Shown here in pieces: positions 40,264-51,176 of a stretch of DNA of 64,000 nucleotides. The notes under the pieces were generated by a model. It was not told the origin of the DNA, did not search any database, and was given only the letters and a program-made list of their open reading frames with translations. Each line of letters opens with the position of its first letter. Position 1 is the stretch's first letter. The stretch comes from an uncultured Alphaproteobacteria bacterium (lineage in GTDB: Bacteria; Pseudomonadota; Alphaproteobacteria; Rhizobiales; Beijerinckiaceae): the NCBI GenBank assembly GCA_963770275.1, contig CAVYPD010000025.1, positions 24,452 to 88,451 of the forward strand, read 5' to 3'. The translations under genes were made by a program, and so were the position numbers.

Positions 40264-40708
40264 ATGCTGTCCGACCTACAAGGACGCAAACAAGCTGAAA
40301 TAGATCGCTTTCACCGACAATTCCCCGCCAATGCAATTCTCGCCAACCCCGCGGTGAAGCTTAAGACGTTCAAGGATCATGTAGGCGAGGTAAAAAGCTA
40401 CGACGAGGCGCTTAAGGCGGCTCTCGCACCGATGAAGGGCAAGAGTCTTATAGGAGCGCCGGAGCTTAGCGACCGGGCTTTCGAGGAATATGTCAACGAG
40501 ACTGGGGATGCTGGCTTCAAGCTGCAAGTGCGGGACGACGCGAAGTCACTGGTCCTCGCCAAGGTCGGACGCGAGGATTTCGTCAATCCTACACCCTTCT
40601 TCAGGCAGGTTGGACGATCTCGTCGACATCGACGATCTCATCAAGCCCGGCCCGGGGCTGCGCCGTGAACTGATCGCATCGCGTCCTGGAGGTGGTCGTC
40701 GGCCTTGA
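40264..40708 (+). pseudogene. Fragment of an unidentified protein gene
   Basis: Protein-like ~115-aa stretch (SDLQGRKQAEIDRFHRQFP...GREDFVNP) without clear start or RBS, abutting other relics. Confidence 0.35.
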
Positions 40709-40789
40709 CGCCCCGTCGCCAGGCGCCAACGTCGTTGACGGCAAAAGATCGATGGCCGCGGCCGTGAGGTGCGGAATTGTCCTTCAACG

Positions 40790-41064
40790 CGACAGCGTGC
40801 GTGCAACTTTTCGACCGGGACGGCCGATAGCTCACGGAATGGCGTGGGCTTTGCCGGCCCATGGACCTCTGCGAACGCGACGACGGGGTCCCTCTCGTCA
40901 CCGATCGGGTTCCGAGCGTGAACGCCTTCGCGCCGGACGCGACAAGGATCGGGTGCGGACGCCCGTCTCTGAATGGCGCACACGGCATCGCTCTCGGTCG
41001 AGCAGGCGAAATCTATCTAGCCGAGATCGATCCTGCGTTTGTGACGAAGTTAACTCCGTGCTGA
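40790..41064 (+). pseudogene. C-terminal relic of an NHL-repeat (PAL-like) protein
   Basis: VQLFDRDGR-TAG-LTEWRGLCRPMDLC...AHGIALGRAGEIYLAE; in-frame stop at ~40828. Confidence 0.65.
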
Positions 41065-41359
41065 GCACGGCGGCTCCGCGGACAGGTTCGCTAAACTATC
41101 TCTGCTCACGCCACCATCTTCACTGTATCCCAGGCCGCCTCACTTCTGCTTGACCGCGCCTCGCTTTCCGCTCCGTGGCGGTAGCCACGACGTTATGCGC
41201 CTACCAGAAATTTCAACATACAAATCCTTTTCAGGGCGGCGCATCCTTGATACCGCTTGGGTGAGTTGACGCTGCCTTTGGGCGTCCGATGTCGTTGGTA
41301 AACGCGAGATGGCCGCGCGTAGCCGATGAGCGACACAAGGCCGTCTAGGGAGCGGCGAC

Positions 41360-42634
41360 ATGACTGATGTCACGCCAGTATCGTCGGCGCAGCTGGGACC
41401 TGGTGGGCACTGGCGTAACTGGGTTGGCAACCAATCCTTCATCGCCCGACATAAGGCGGAGCCTGGTTCGGAAGAGGAATTGGCTGCGCTCGTGCGCGAG
41501 GCCTCGCGACAAAATCTTCCCGTCCGCGTCGCCGGCTCCGGCCATTCGTTCACGCCGGTGGTCGCGACGAGCGGCTTGCTGCTGAGTTTGAAGAACATGC
41601 AGGGGCTGGTCAGCGCCGACCTCGATCGCAAGCGCGTGGTGGTGCGCGCAGGCACGAGGATCGGCGATATCGGCCGCGCACTGAAAGAGATCGGCCTGTC
41701 GCTCGCCAATCAGGGCGATATCGACACTCAGGCGATCGCCGGCGCCCTTTCGACCGGCACGCATGGCACCGGAATCGGGCTTGGCTGCTTGTCGTCCCAG
41801 GCTGTCGGCATGCGGCTGGTCCAGCCCGACGGATCCGTCCTGGAAGTCGATGGCGACCGTGATGCCGAAACGATGGCGGCCGCGCAGGTCGCCGTCGGCA
41901 TGCTCGGAATCATCTCGACGATCACCCTGCAGGCGATTCCCGCCTACAATCTCAAGGAGAAACTTTGGCGGGAGGATTTCGAGGCCTGCATGGAAAGGCA
42001 TGACGAACTGGCGGCGAACAACCGCCATTTCAGTTTCTTCTGGTGTCCGGTCGCCGAGTCCCGGCATCTCTATTGCCTGCCCGACGTCGCGGCTGTCTCC
42101 AAGATCAAGCGCGAGGACGACGTTTGCGAGATGAAGGTGATGAACGTCACCGACCAGCCCCCTCATTCGAACGAAGAGACTTTCGAGCGGGTTGCCTACA
42201 GTTCGGAAATTTACCCGATCGAATACATCCCGAACTTCCACGAACTCGAATACGCTATTCCCGTCGAAACCGGCAAAGAGGCGCTGCGGCGGGTCCGCGA
42301 GTTGATGCTAACCAAGCACACGAATTGCATCTATCCGGTCGAATATCGTTTTGTCGCCGGAGATTCGGGCATGCTGAGCCCCTACTACCGGCGCGCCAGC
42401 GTCACGATCTCCGTCTCTGGCGGACCGGGCGTCGACTATTGGAGCTATCTCCTCGACGTCGATACGATCCTGCGGCAGTACGGCGCGCGACCGCACTGGG
42501 GCAAGCTGCATTTCAATCGCGCCGAAGACATGCCGTCGCTCTATCCGCGCTTCCACGATTTCCAGGCAATCCGCCGCAAACTGGACCCGTCGGGCTGCTT
42601 CCTGAACGATCACTTGAGAAATCTGTTCGGGTGA
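41360..42634 (+). CDS. FAD-linked oxidoreductase, aldonolactone oxidase (GULO/ALO) family
   Basis: WRNWVG, GSGHSF (covalent-FAD His), GALSTGTHG, ELEYAIP, VEYRF, RPHWGK. Confidence 0.9.
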   Translation: MTDVTPVSSAQLGPGGHWRNWVGNQSFIARHKAEPGSEEELAALVREASRQNLPVRVAGSGHSFTPVVATSGLLLSLKNMQGLVSADLDRKRVVVRAGTRIGDIGRALKEIGLSLANQGDIDTQAIAGALSTGTHGTGIGLGCLSSQAVGMRLVQPDGSVLEVDGDRDAETMAAAQVAVGMLGIISTITLQAIPAYNLKEKLWREDFEACMERHDELAANNRHFSFFWCPVAESRHLYCLPDVAAVSKIKREDDVCEMKVMNVTDQPPHSNEETFERVAYSSEIYPIEYIPNFHELEYAIPVETGKEALRRVRELMLTKHTNCIYPVEYRFVAGDSGMLSPYYRRASVTISVSGGPGVDYWSYLLDVDTILRQYGARPHWGKLHFNRAEDMPSLYPRFHDFQAIRRKLDPSGCFLNDHLRNLFG

Positions 42635-42751
42635 AGATCGTCAGCCATTGCTCGACGTCGTCCCAAACAAATTGCTCGCGCACTTGGACTGCTTCTAGCT
42701 ATCTCCCCATAGGCCACGCCGAAAAATGATCGCTTGCACCGATTGTCGCGC

Positions 42752-42792
42752 TTGCCAGCGGCGTTCGGCGTCCCTACTGTTTGCGTACAAAC
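42752..42792 (+). promoter_or_regulatory. sigma70 promoter of enamidase with overlapping palindromic operator
   Basis: TTGCCA-17 nt-TACTGT; GTTTGCGTACAAAC at 42779-42792. Confidence 0.7.
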
Positions 42793-42844
42793 GACTGCGT
42801 CGAATTGCTGAAGAGATCGTCACGAGCGCGAGGCGAGATTTCCT

Positions 42845-44042
42845 ATGGCCCACGACGAACCGGCCGCCTCTGGCGCACCCACGAAGCTGGCGATCAAGAA
42901 CGTCGGACTGATGCTGAGCGGCGACCTCGAGAAGCCGATTCTCGACGCGGACGCGATCGTCGCCGTCGATGGCCGCATCACTGCAATCGGGCGCGCCGCG
43001 GACCTCGACCTTTCCGGCGCTACGACGACGATCGATGCTCTTGGCGTCGCGATTGCGCCTGGCCTTATCGACAGCCACGTCCATCCGGTCGCCGGTGATT
43101 GGACCCCGCGGCAAAGCCAGCTCAACTGGATCGATTCCTGCCTGCATGGCGGCGTCACCACGATGGTCTCAGCGGGCGAAGTTCACACGCCCGGTCGGCC
43201 GCGCGACATCGTCGGACTCAAGGCGATGGCGATCACTGCGCAGCGCTGCTTTTCGAACTTTCGCGCCAGCGGTGTGAAGGTGCACGCGGGCGCGCCGGTG
43301 ATCGAGCCGGGGATGGAGGAGCATGACTTCGCAGGAGCTTGCCTCCGCCGGCGTCCGCTTCCTCGGTGAGGTCGGACTTGGCGGCGTCAAAGATGGGCCG
43401 ACGGCGCGCAAGATGGTCGCCTGGGCGCGCAAATACGGCATCAACAGCACAATCCATACGGGCGGTCCGTCGATCCCAGGTTCCGGGCTCATCGACAAGG
43501 ACATCGTGCTCGAGGCGGACACCGACGTGATCGGCCACATCAACGGCGGCCACACGGCGCTGCCCGACGATCAGATCGTTTGCCTGTGCGAGGGCTGCAA
43601 ACGCGGTCTCGAACTCGTGCACAACGGCAACGAACGCGCGGCGCTGTTCACATTGCGCACAGCCAAGGAGCGCGGCGAATTGAACCGCGTCATCCTGGGC
43701 ACCGACGCCCCGGCCGGCTCGGGCGTTCAGCCGCTCGGCATCCTGCGCATGGTCACACTGCTCGCTTCGCTCGGCGAGGTTCCCGCGGAGGTCGCCTTCT
43801 GCTTTGCGACCGGAAACACGGCTCGCATGCGGGCGCTCGACTGCGGGCTTATCGAGGTCGGACGCGCCGCCGACTTCGTCTTCATGGATCGCGCGCAGCA
43901 TTCGGCGGGCAAGACGCTCCTGGAGAGCGTGCGGCTCGGAGACCTGCCGGGTGTCGGCATGACGGTCATCGACGGCGTCGTGCGCTCGCATCGCAGCCGC
44001 AACACGCCGCCGGCGGAGAAGGCGCCTACGGTCCTCGCCTAG
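42845..44042 (+). CDS. ena: Enamidase (amidohydrolase of nicotinate catabolism); indel near 43331
   Basis: PGLIDSHVHP..GDWTPRQ, LHGGVTTMVSAGEVH.PGRP, GEVGLG, HTGGPSIPGS, HINGG, GTDAPAGSG; lies next to hnr/ndh. Confidence 0.88.
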
Positions 44043-44109
44043 ACTCCGGCGGCTTTGGATGGTGTGAGCTGGGCTGCTTCTCGGTGACAGGCGCGCCGCT
44101 CAGACCCGG

Positions 44110-44380
44110 TTTGGGTTTTCTTGGCGGGCCGCCGTTTCGTGACGAAAACCCCCGGTTATGAAGGTTGGATTTCCTTGGATTTCCTTGGATTCTCTCGTCC
44201 GAATCGAGCCTTATCAATGGGTTACGAGAGATTTTCCCTGAACTAAAATTCGCGCGCCCTTTCGCCCCCGCGACCGTCGGCGCGACGAGCGCAAAGTTCT
44301 CTTGAGATGCGGAAGTGTTCGATCATCCCCATTGGAGCAGCTTAACCTAATTTCTGATTTTATGCAAGATAATGCTGCCC
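44110..44380. repeat. Intergenic element with tandem decamer and IHF-type box (candidate dispersed repeat)
   Basis: (TTGGATTTCC)x2.7 at 44165-44191; perfect WATCAANNNNTTR (TATCAATGGGTTA, 44212-44224); AT-rich; boundaries approximate. Confidence 0.45.
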
Positions 44381-44473
44381 TGCTTGTCGCCCGCGCCGCT
44401 CCCTTTGGACACCCCCTTCCAATAGCAACTCGGCCCAATGACGGGATCTCCCGACCTACTCAACGTCCACGGG

Positions 44474-44923
44474 TCAAGCCAGCCGCCGCAGCAAGGCGAC
44501 GAGCGTCGAGCGTTCGTCTTCGCCCAACGGCTCGAGCGTTTTCTCCGTGATGCGCGCAGCGATCGGCGCGGCGCGATCGTAGAGATCCGAGCCCGCGGCG
44601 TCAGCGCGACGACGATACGGCGACCGTCGCGCGGATCTGGACGGACCGCGGTGAAGCCGCGCGCTGTCAGGCGATCGATGACTCCCTTGATCGTCGCGGC
44701 GTCCATCGCGGTCAGGCGGCCGAGATGATTCTGCGAACAATCGCCAACTTCGCTCAACTTGGCGAGCGCGGCCCACTGGGTCGGCGTGAGGTCCTCGATC
44801 ATCTTGGCGGCGAAAATCGTGGTGTGACGTTGCTGCGCCTGACGCAGCGCAAAGCCCGACCTGTTCGTCGAGGACGTAGGGCTCCTCCCGATCGCGACGG
44901 CCTTGAATGGCGGGGCTCCTCAT
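44474..44923 (-). CDS. MarR-family regulator (NicR-like); two indels (~44855, ~44595)
   Basis: YVLDEQVG(F)ALRQAQQRHTTIF, LTPTQWAAL, DAATIKGVIDRL, DPRDGRR, ERSTLVALLRRL. Confidence 0.85.
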   Translation of the reverse strand: MRSPAIQGRRDREEPYVLDEQVGLCAASGAATSHHDFRRQDDRGPHADPVGRARQVERSWRLFAESSRPPDRDGRRDDQGSHRSPDSARLHRGPSRSARRSPYRRRADAAGSDLYDRAAPIAARITEKTLEPLGEDERSTLVALLRRLA

Positions 44924-44966
44924 TCGGTCACCGGGTACCACAGCCACGGCGGCGTCGCCAGCACGC

Positions 44967-45692
44967 TCAAACTGCGAGATGAGCGCGCACGTCGGGCCGG
45001 GCGTCGAATTCCGCCATCGTTCCGCCAAAGCGGATGGCGCCTTTCTCGATGACATAGACGCGCTCGGCGACGAGGCGGGCGAAAGCGAGATTCTGTTCGC
45101 TGACGAAAAGGCTGAGGCCCTCGCGCTTCATTTCGCGAATAGCCTCGATCATCTGCTCGACGATGCGGGGCGCAAGGCCTTCGGACGGCTCGTCGAGCAG
45201 GAGAAGCGAGGGATTGCCCATCAGCGTGCGCGCAATGGTGAGCATCTGCTGCTCCCCGCCCGACATGTGCGCGCCATCGCGCCCGCGCAATTCGCGCAAG
45301 TTCGGGAAGATGGCGAAGAGCCGCTCCGGCGTCCAGGTGGGAGCGTTTGGTCGCGGCGGCTGCCGCCCGACCTGCAGATTTTCCTCGACCGTGAGATCGG
45401 AGAAGATGCGCCGGTCCTCGGGCACATAGCCAAGGCCACGCCGCACGATCTCGTAAGCGGGACGCTTCGAAATGTCCTCGCCGTCGAAGACGATCGTGCC
45501 GCTGCGCCGGGCGATGAGCCCCAGGATCGCGCGGAACGTCGTCGACTTACCCGCGCCGTTGCGGCCGAGCAGCGCGACCGCCTCGCCGGGACCGATCTCC
45601 AAGCGACACGTCGAACAGCACCTGCGCCCGGCCGTAGGCCGCGTCGCAGTCCTGCGACTGAGAGCTTGGCTGCGCTCAATGATCGGCTCCAT
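44967..45692 (-). CDS. ABC ATP-binding protein (LivF-like); N-terminus disturbed by indels
   Basis: GRNGAGKST, VPEDRRIF, MSGGEQQML, DEPSEGLAP. Confidence 0.9.
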   Translation of the reverse strand: MEPIIERSQALSRRTATRPTAGRRCCSTCRLEIGPGEAVALLGRNGAGKSTTFRAILGLIARRSGTIVFDGEDISKRPAYEIVRRGLGYVPEDRRIFSDLTVEENLQVGRQPPRPNAPTWTPERLFAIFPNLRELRGRDGAHMSGGEQQMLTIARTLMGNPSLLLLDEPSEGLAPRIVEQMIEAIREMKREGLSLFVSEQNLAFARLVAERVYVIEKGAIRFGGTMAEFDARPDVRAHLAV

Positions 45693-46437
45693 AGAGCGAG
45701 CCCGCCCCGAGATAAACCGCCTGAACCTCGGCGTTGGCGCGCACCGCCGCGGGCGCGCCCTCGGCGATCAACGTCCCGCGGTTGAGCACGAGCACCCGGT
45801 CGGCGTGACCGAACACGACGTCCATATCGTGCTCGGTGAAGAGGACGCCGATCGTGCGTTCGCGGGCGATGCGCGCCGTGAGGTCCATCAGCGCGTGGCG
45901 CTCCCGGGGCGCCATGCCGGCGGCCGGCTCGTCCATCAGCAGCAATTTCGGATTGTTGGCGAGCGCGATGGCGAATTCGAGCCGCTTGAGGTCGCCGTAA
46001 GCGAGCTCGCCGCAGCTGCGTTGCGCCTGGTCGGCCATGCCGACGAGATCGAGCAGGCGCTCCGCCTCGGCGACGTGGTAGCGCGCCGCCCAACGGAGCG
46101 CCGGCCAACGGCGTGGATGGCAGGAGAGCAGCGCCATCTGCACATTCTCCGCGACCGTCATCGAGGCGAAGGTCGCGGCGACCTGGAACGTTCGCCCGAC
46201 GCCGAGGCGCCAGATGTCGCCGGGCGCCAGGCCGGCGGTGCTCTTGCCGAAGATCGTGATGCGGCCGGTCGTCGGCGCGAGCTGGCCGTCGATCATGGCG
46301 AAGCAGGTGCTCTTGCCCGCGCCGTTCGGCCCGATGAGCGCAAGGATCTCGCCCGCTTCGAGCGCGAAGCTCACATCGCGCACCGCCTGGAAGCCGGAAT
46401 AGGACTTGCCGAGCTTCTCCGCGACGAGAATGCTCAT
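45676..46437 (-). CDS. ABC ATP-binding protein (LivG-like)
   Basis: [30 protein letters not shown]. Confidence 0.92.
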   Translation of the reverse strand: MSILVAEKLGKSYSGFQAVRDVSFALEAGEILALIGPNGAGKSTCFAMIDGQLAPTTGRITIFGKSTAGLAPGDIWRLGVGRTFQVAATFASMTVAENVQMALLSCHPRRWPALRWAARYHVAEAERLLDLVGMADQAQRSCGELAYGDLKRLEFAIALANNPKLLLMDEPAAGMAPRERHALMDLTARIARERTIGVLFTEHDMDVVFGHADRVLVLNRGTLIAEGAPAAVRANAEVQAVYLGAGSLYGADH

Positions 46438-48296
46438 GAGCTTTCGCCAAGGAGGCGAGACGGCGCCCGCGCGCTTCGCCAGGCCTGAAACTGGCCGACA
46501 AGGCCCTTCGGGAACAGGACGACGAGCAGGATGATGAGGGCGCCAAGGACGAGCTTGGAATAATCGGTGTGGCTGATCACCCAGATCGACAGCGACCGAT
46601 AGATCGCCGCGCCGACGACGCCGCCCGACACCGTGCCGACGCCGCCGAGCAGGACCATGACGAGCCCGTCGATCGACAGCGAAATCGAGATGTTGTCCGG
46701 AAACACGCTGCCCTTGAGAAAGGCGTAGAGCGCCCCGGCCAGCGCCGCGAAGGCGCCGGCGATGACGAAGCCCATCCATTGCACGCGCCAGCGCACGATG
46801 CCGATCGTCTCCGCGCGCAACGTCGAGTCGCGCAGCGCGCGCAGCGCATAGCCGAATGGCGAGAAGGTGATCACGCGCAAGAGCCCGATCGCGCCCGCGC
46901 TTAAGCCAAGCGTCAGCCAATAAAAGCGCGCGGGCGAGGCGGCCCAGGCGCTCGGCCAGACGCCGATGATGCCGTTGTCGCCGCCCGTCACATCGGTCCA
47001 TTGATAGGCGATCGACCAGGCGATCTGGGCGAAGGCGAGCGTCAGCATGGCGAAATAGACGCCGGAGAGGCGCACGCAGAACCAGCCGAAGACGAGCGCG
47101 CCGGCGAATCCCAGAAGCACGCCAGCGGGGATCGCCGTCTCCATGCCGAGCCCGAACGTCTTCAGCGCGATCGCCGCGCCGTAGGAGCCGAGTCCGAAAT
47201 AGGCGGCGTGACCGAAGGAGGCGAGACCGCCGTCCGCGAGCAGAAAATGGAGGCTCGCCGCGTAGAGCATGAAGATGAGCACTTCCGTCGCGACGCCAAG
47301 GAAATAATTGCCCGCGACGAGCGGCAGAAGCGCCGCGACCGCCAAGGCGAGAGCGACGAGCAGCCGGCCTTGCGCGCCGAATGGGCGCCAGCGGGAAAAG
47401 ACCGCGCCGCCCGCGCTCCGCGCGGCCGCCTCCGCGCGCCCGAGCAGTCCCCAGGGCCGCACGATCAGCACGATCGCCATCACCAGGAAGACGAGGACGA
47501 TCGAGATCTTCGGAAAGACGAGGATGCCAAAGGCGTTGAGCTCGGAGACGATGATCGCCGCGAGGAAGGTGCCCAGCACGCTGCCGAGACCGCCGATCAC
47601 GACGACGACCAGCGCCTCGGTGATCACCTGCACGTCCATCGTGTGGTTGGCGGCCTCGCGCGGCAGTTCAAGCGCGCCGCCCAGCCCTGCGAGAAAGACG
47701 CCGAGCGCGAAGACACTGGTGAAGAGCCATTTCTGGTTGACGCCGAGCGCCGCCACCATTTCGCGGTCCTGCGTCGCGGCGCGCACCAGCACGCCCCAGG
47801 TCGTGCGGTGGAAGACGAGCCAGATGAACGCGAGAACGAGCGGAGCGAGCGCGATCAGCAGCAGGTCGTAGGTCGGGAAGGGGTGGCCGAAGAGATCGAT
47901 CGCGCCCTTGAAGCCCGGCGCGCGCGGTCCGAGCAGTTCGCCAGGGCCCCAGATCAGCAGCACGAGATCTTCGACGACGAGCGTGACGCCGAAGGTCGCG
48001 AGCAACTGAAACAAAACCGGCGCGTCATAGACGCGGCGCAGCAGCAGCATTTCGACCAGCGTGCCGATCACGGCGACGCAGAGCGCGGCGAGCACGATCG
48101 CGCCCCAGAAGCCAACGGCGCCGCTGAGCCGGTCGGTCAGCGTGTAACCGATATAGGCGCCCAGCATGTAGAAGGCGCCATGGGCGAAATTGACGACGCG
48201 GGTTACGCCGAAAATGATCGACAGGCCGGAAGCGACGAGAAACAGCGAGCAGGCGCTCGCGAGCCCGGTGACGAATTGAACGAAGTAGAAGCTCAA
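46434..48296 (-). CDS. Fused LivH-LivM ABC permease
   Basis: 620 aa uninterrupted; VVNFAHG...RPWGLLG linker then ASFGHAAYFG...FPKGL. Confidence 0.9.
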   Translation of the reverse strand: MSFYFVQFVTGLASACSLFLVASGLSIIFGVTRVVNFAHGAFYMLGAYIGYTLTDRLSGAVGFWGAIVLAALCVAVIGTLVEMLLLRRVYDAPVLFQLLATFGVTLVVEDLVLLIWGPGELLGPRAPGFKGAIDLFGHPFPTYDLLLIALAPLVLAFIWLVFHRTTWGVLVRAATQDREMVAALGVNQKWLFTSVFALGVFLAGLGGALELPREAANHTMDVQVITEALVVVVIGGLGSVLGTFLAAIIVSELNAFGILVFPKISIVLVFLVMAIVLIVRPWGLLGRAEAAARSAGGAVFSRWRPFGAQGRLLVALALAVAALLPLVAGNYFLGVATEVLIFMLYAASLHFLLADGGLASFGHAAYFGLGSYGAAIALKTFGLGMETAIPAGVLLGFAGALVFGWFCVRLSGVYFAMLTLAFAQIAWSIAYQWTDVTGGDNGIIGVWPSAWAASPARFYWLTLGLSAGAIGLLRVITFSPFGYALRALRDSTLRAETIGIVRWRVQWMGFVIAGAFAALAGALYAFLKGSVFPDNISISLSIDGLVMVLLGGVGTVSGGVVGAAIYRSLSIWVISHTDYSKLVLGALIILLVVLFPKGLVGQFQAWRSARAPSRLLGESS

Positions 48297-48369
48297 GGTC
48301 GCGCGCTGTCGCTTCTAGAGAGTCCGGCAGCAGGGAAGCCGCGGCCTCTGGTCCTCTGCCGGCGAGCCA

Positions 48370-49578
48370 TCAGTTCTGCGGCCGCTGCGCCTTGACCTCT
48401 GCATCGGAGGGAAGATAGCCGGCTCCGTCGTGATAGGTCACGTCGACCATCACGCCCTTGCCGTCCTTGAGCGCGGTCTTGCCGACGAAAGCGCCAAGCG
48501 TCGATTGATGGTCGATGGCGCGGAAAGTGACCGGGCCGAACGGCGTGTCGACCGTTGATGCCCTCGGCGGCGTCGACGAGCTTCTCGCTGTCGGTCGACT
48601 TGGCCTTGGCGAGGATCGCCGCGGCGCTTTTGAGCATCGCGTAGCCGACCACCGAGCCAAGCCGCGGATAGTCATTGAATTTGGCCTGATAGGCCTTGAG
48701 GAAGGCGGCGTGGTCGGGGATTGAAACGGCGTTCCAGGGATAGCCGGTGACGATCCAGCCCTCCGGCGTCTCGTCCTTGAGCGGATCGAGATATTCCGGC
48801 TCGCCGGCGAGCACGCTGACGACGGCGCGGTCCTTGAACAGGCCGCGCGTCTCGCCCTCGCGCACGAGCTTCACGAGGTCCGCCCCGAAGGTGACGTTGA
48901 AGATCGCGTCCGGCTCGGTCTTGGCGATCGCTTCCGACCACCGCGCCCGCGTCGATCTTGCCCTGCGGCGGCCATTGCTCGCCGACCCATTGAATGTCGG
49001 GGCGCTTGGCGGAGAGCAGCTTCTTGAAGGCGGCGACTGCGGACTGGCCGTATTCGTAATTCGGCGCGATCGTCGCCCATTTCTTCGCCGGCAGCTTGGC
49101 CGCTTCGTCGGCGAGCATCGCCGCCTGCTCGTAGGTGCCCGGCCGCAGGCGGAACGTGTAGCGATTGCCCTTGGAGAGCGTGATCGCGTCGGTGAGCGGC
49201 TCGGCGGCAAGGAAGAGGATCTTCTTCTGCTTGGCGTAATCGGACACCGCGAGACCGATGTTGGAGAAGAAGGTTCCCGCGAGCATCGCGACGCCGTCGT
49301 TCGCGACGAGCTCGTTCGCTGCAGTGACCGCATCCGCCGGCTTGCCGCCGTCGTCCTTGCTGATCACCTCGAGCTTCTTGCCGTCGACGCCGCCGGCCGC
49401 GTTGATTTCGTCGAGCGCGAGCTGCCAGCCCTTGCGATAGGGTTCGGTGAAGGAGGGGATCGCCGAATAGGAGTTGATCTCGCCGATCTTGATCGTGTCG
49501 TCGGCTACGGCGGGGCCGCGCGCCGGCGAAGGCCGCGGCGAGGATGAGGCTTGATAGGATCGCCGGAAACATTCTCAT
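48370..49578 (-). CDS. Liv-type substrate-binding protein (probable nicotinate/6-hydroxynicotinate binding); ~3 indels
   Basis: Signal peptide; IKIGEINSY, SKDDGGKP, NYEYGQ, GEPEYLDPL, FRAIDHQST in successive frames. Confidence 0.85.
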
Positions 49579-49614
49579 GTTCGTTGTCCCTGGTTGAAGG
49601 CGTCTGGCGCGGCT

Positions 49615-50199
49615 CTAGCGCAGCCCGTCGACTCCCTTGATCTCGTCCTTGGTCAGTCCGCCGACGCGCGGATGCGGGCGGCCGGAATCGGTGACGGCGA
49701 CCGCCACCATGATCTCATTGGCGCGCGGGGCGTCGGCGATGCGCACCTCCATGCCGTCGAAATGGCTTCTCACAAAGGCGGCGTCCTTGTGACCGAGCGG
49801 CACATCGAGCGCGACCCCGGGGCCGCCGCGCTTCTTGGACGAGGGAATGAGGGCTGCGCCCGTGCCCAGAACCTTGCGCACCGGCGCGCCGAGTTTGGGA
49901 TGCAGAAGCGCGGCGGCATGTTCGAGCTCGCCGTTCTCGCCGACGGCCGCCGCCTTGCCATAGCTTTCCGCGGTCGATCCCTCGATGCCGAGCGCCGCGA
50001 CGGCGCGCGCGGCGAGCAGGGCGCCGAGCTCCTCGCCGACATCGATCAGCGGCGAGAGGTCTTCGACATAGCGGCCGGCGAAAGGATTTTCGATCACCGC
50101 GATGGCGGCGGCGCGTCGCGTCGGCGGCTCAACAGCGCGATCCATCTCGAAGCGCGTCTCCTCGACGACGGTCACGAGCTTGCGAATCTTCGCCTTCAT
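49615..50199 (-). CDS. AA_synth (former DUF1185) family protein
   Basis: MKAKIRK, AVIENPFAGRYVEDL, ESYGKAA.VG.NGELEH, RSHFD, GRPHPRVGG. Confidence 0.85.
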   Translation of the reverse strand: MKAKIRKLVTVVEETRFEMDRAVEPPTRRAAAIAVIENPFAGRYVEDLSPLIDVGEELGALLAARAVAALGIEGSTAESYGKAAAVGENGELEHAAALLHPKLGAPVRKVLGTGAALIPSSKKRGGPGVALDVPLGHKDAAFVRSHFDGMEVRIADAPRANEIMVAVAVTDSGRPHPRVGGLTKDEIKGVDGLR

Positions 50200-50266
50200 C
50201 TCAGCCCATCCCGCTTCAGGTCGTCGGAGAAGCCGACGATGTCCTCGACAAGGCGAGCGAGCGGGT

Positions 50267-51176
50267 TCAACCGACGGCATGGAGCGCCTTTTCCTCATTG
50301 CGAGCAACGGCGGGGATGCGGCCGAGGTAACGGCTCGCGGGGGCGCCAACAAGGCGGGTCTGTTCGCCGAGCCTGAGCGCGGCGGCTTCGATGAGCCCGC
50401 GATCCCGCCAAAGCTCAGCCTCCGCTACGCCGGAGGCAAGCGCGCGATCGATCTCGCCAGCCGTCAGCGGCCCGACGGCGACGGTGACGCGCCGCTCGCC
50501 GAGGTCGCTTTGCGGGTCGAGGTCGCAGGCAGGCGTGCGCCGGATCGCGGGATGGCCGGGAATGTCGACTGCATTGGCGATCAGCGTCGCGGCGGCGTCG
50601 GCGAGCGCGGCGGAAGCCGCGAGGACCGTGACAGCGTCAGCGACGCCAAGCGAGAAGCTGCGTCCTCGCCAGCCCGACGTCGCGACGCCGCGCACGCGGT
50701 CCGCGGCGCCGACCGTCGCGCGGCCGAACAGACTCGGCCGGTCCGGGCGATCGACCATGCCGATCGAGAACGTCTCGCGGGGCGCGAGGTGAAGCGCGAT
50801 GTCGCCACCGTTGTTGACATAGGCGCGGGCGAGCCGTCGCCCGGTCGTCATCGCCTCGAGGACCTCCTCGGCCACGGCGCCGGCAACCGCAGCCATCGGA
50901 GTGAGAAAGCGCCGCGCTCGGAACGGCGCAACCGCCGCGGCCATCCGACGCGCGACCGCGCCGCGCGGCGCCTGCGCGCCTCAGCGGGTCGGCCCGCAGC
51001 AGAGGAAGCTCCGTGCAGAGCTCGTCGAGGATGGTCGCGAAGCGGCCCCACGCCGCGGCGTAGGCGTCTTCGACGGCGCTCGTCTCGCCAAAGGCTTCGA
51101 TGATGAGGTCGATCGGTCCGTCGTGCAGATGCAGACGCCCGTCGGCAAGACGTCGCTGTTGCGGCGGCGCCCTCAT
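50267..51176 (-). CDS. UPF0280 (ApbE-like) protein; indels at ~50960-51000
   Basis: RLHLHDGPIDL, TPMAAVAGAVA, VNNGGDI, GVATSGWRGRSFSLGVADAVTV, ADAAATLIAN. Confidence 0.85.
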
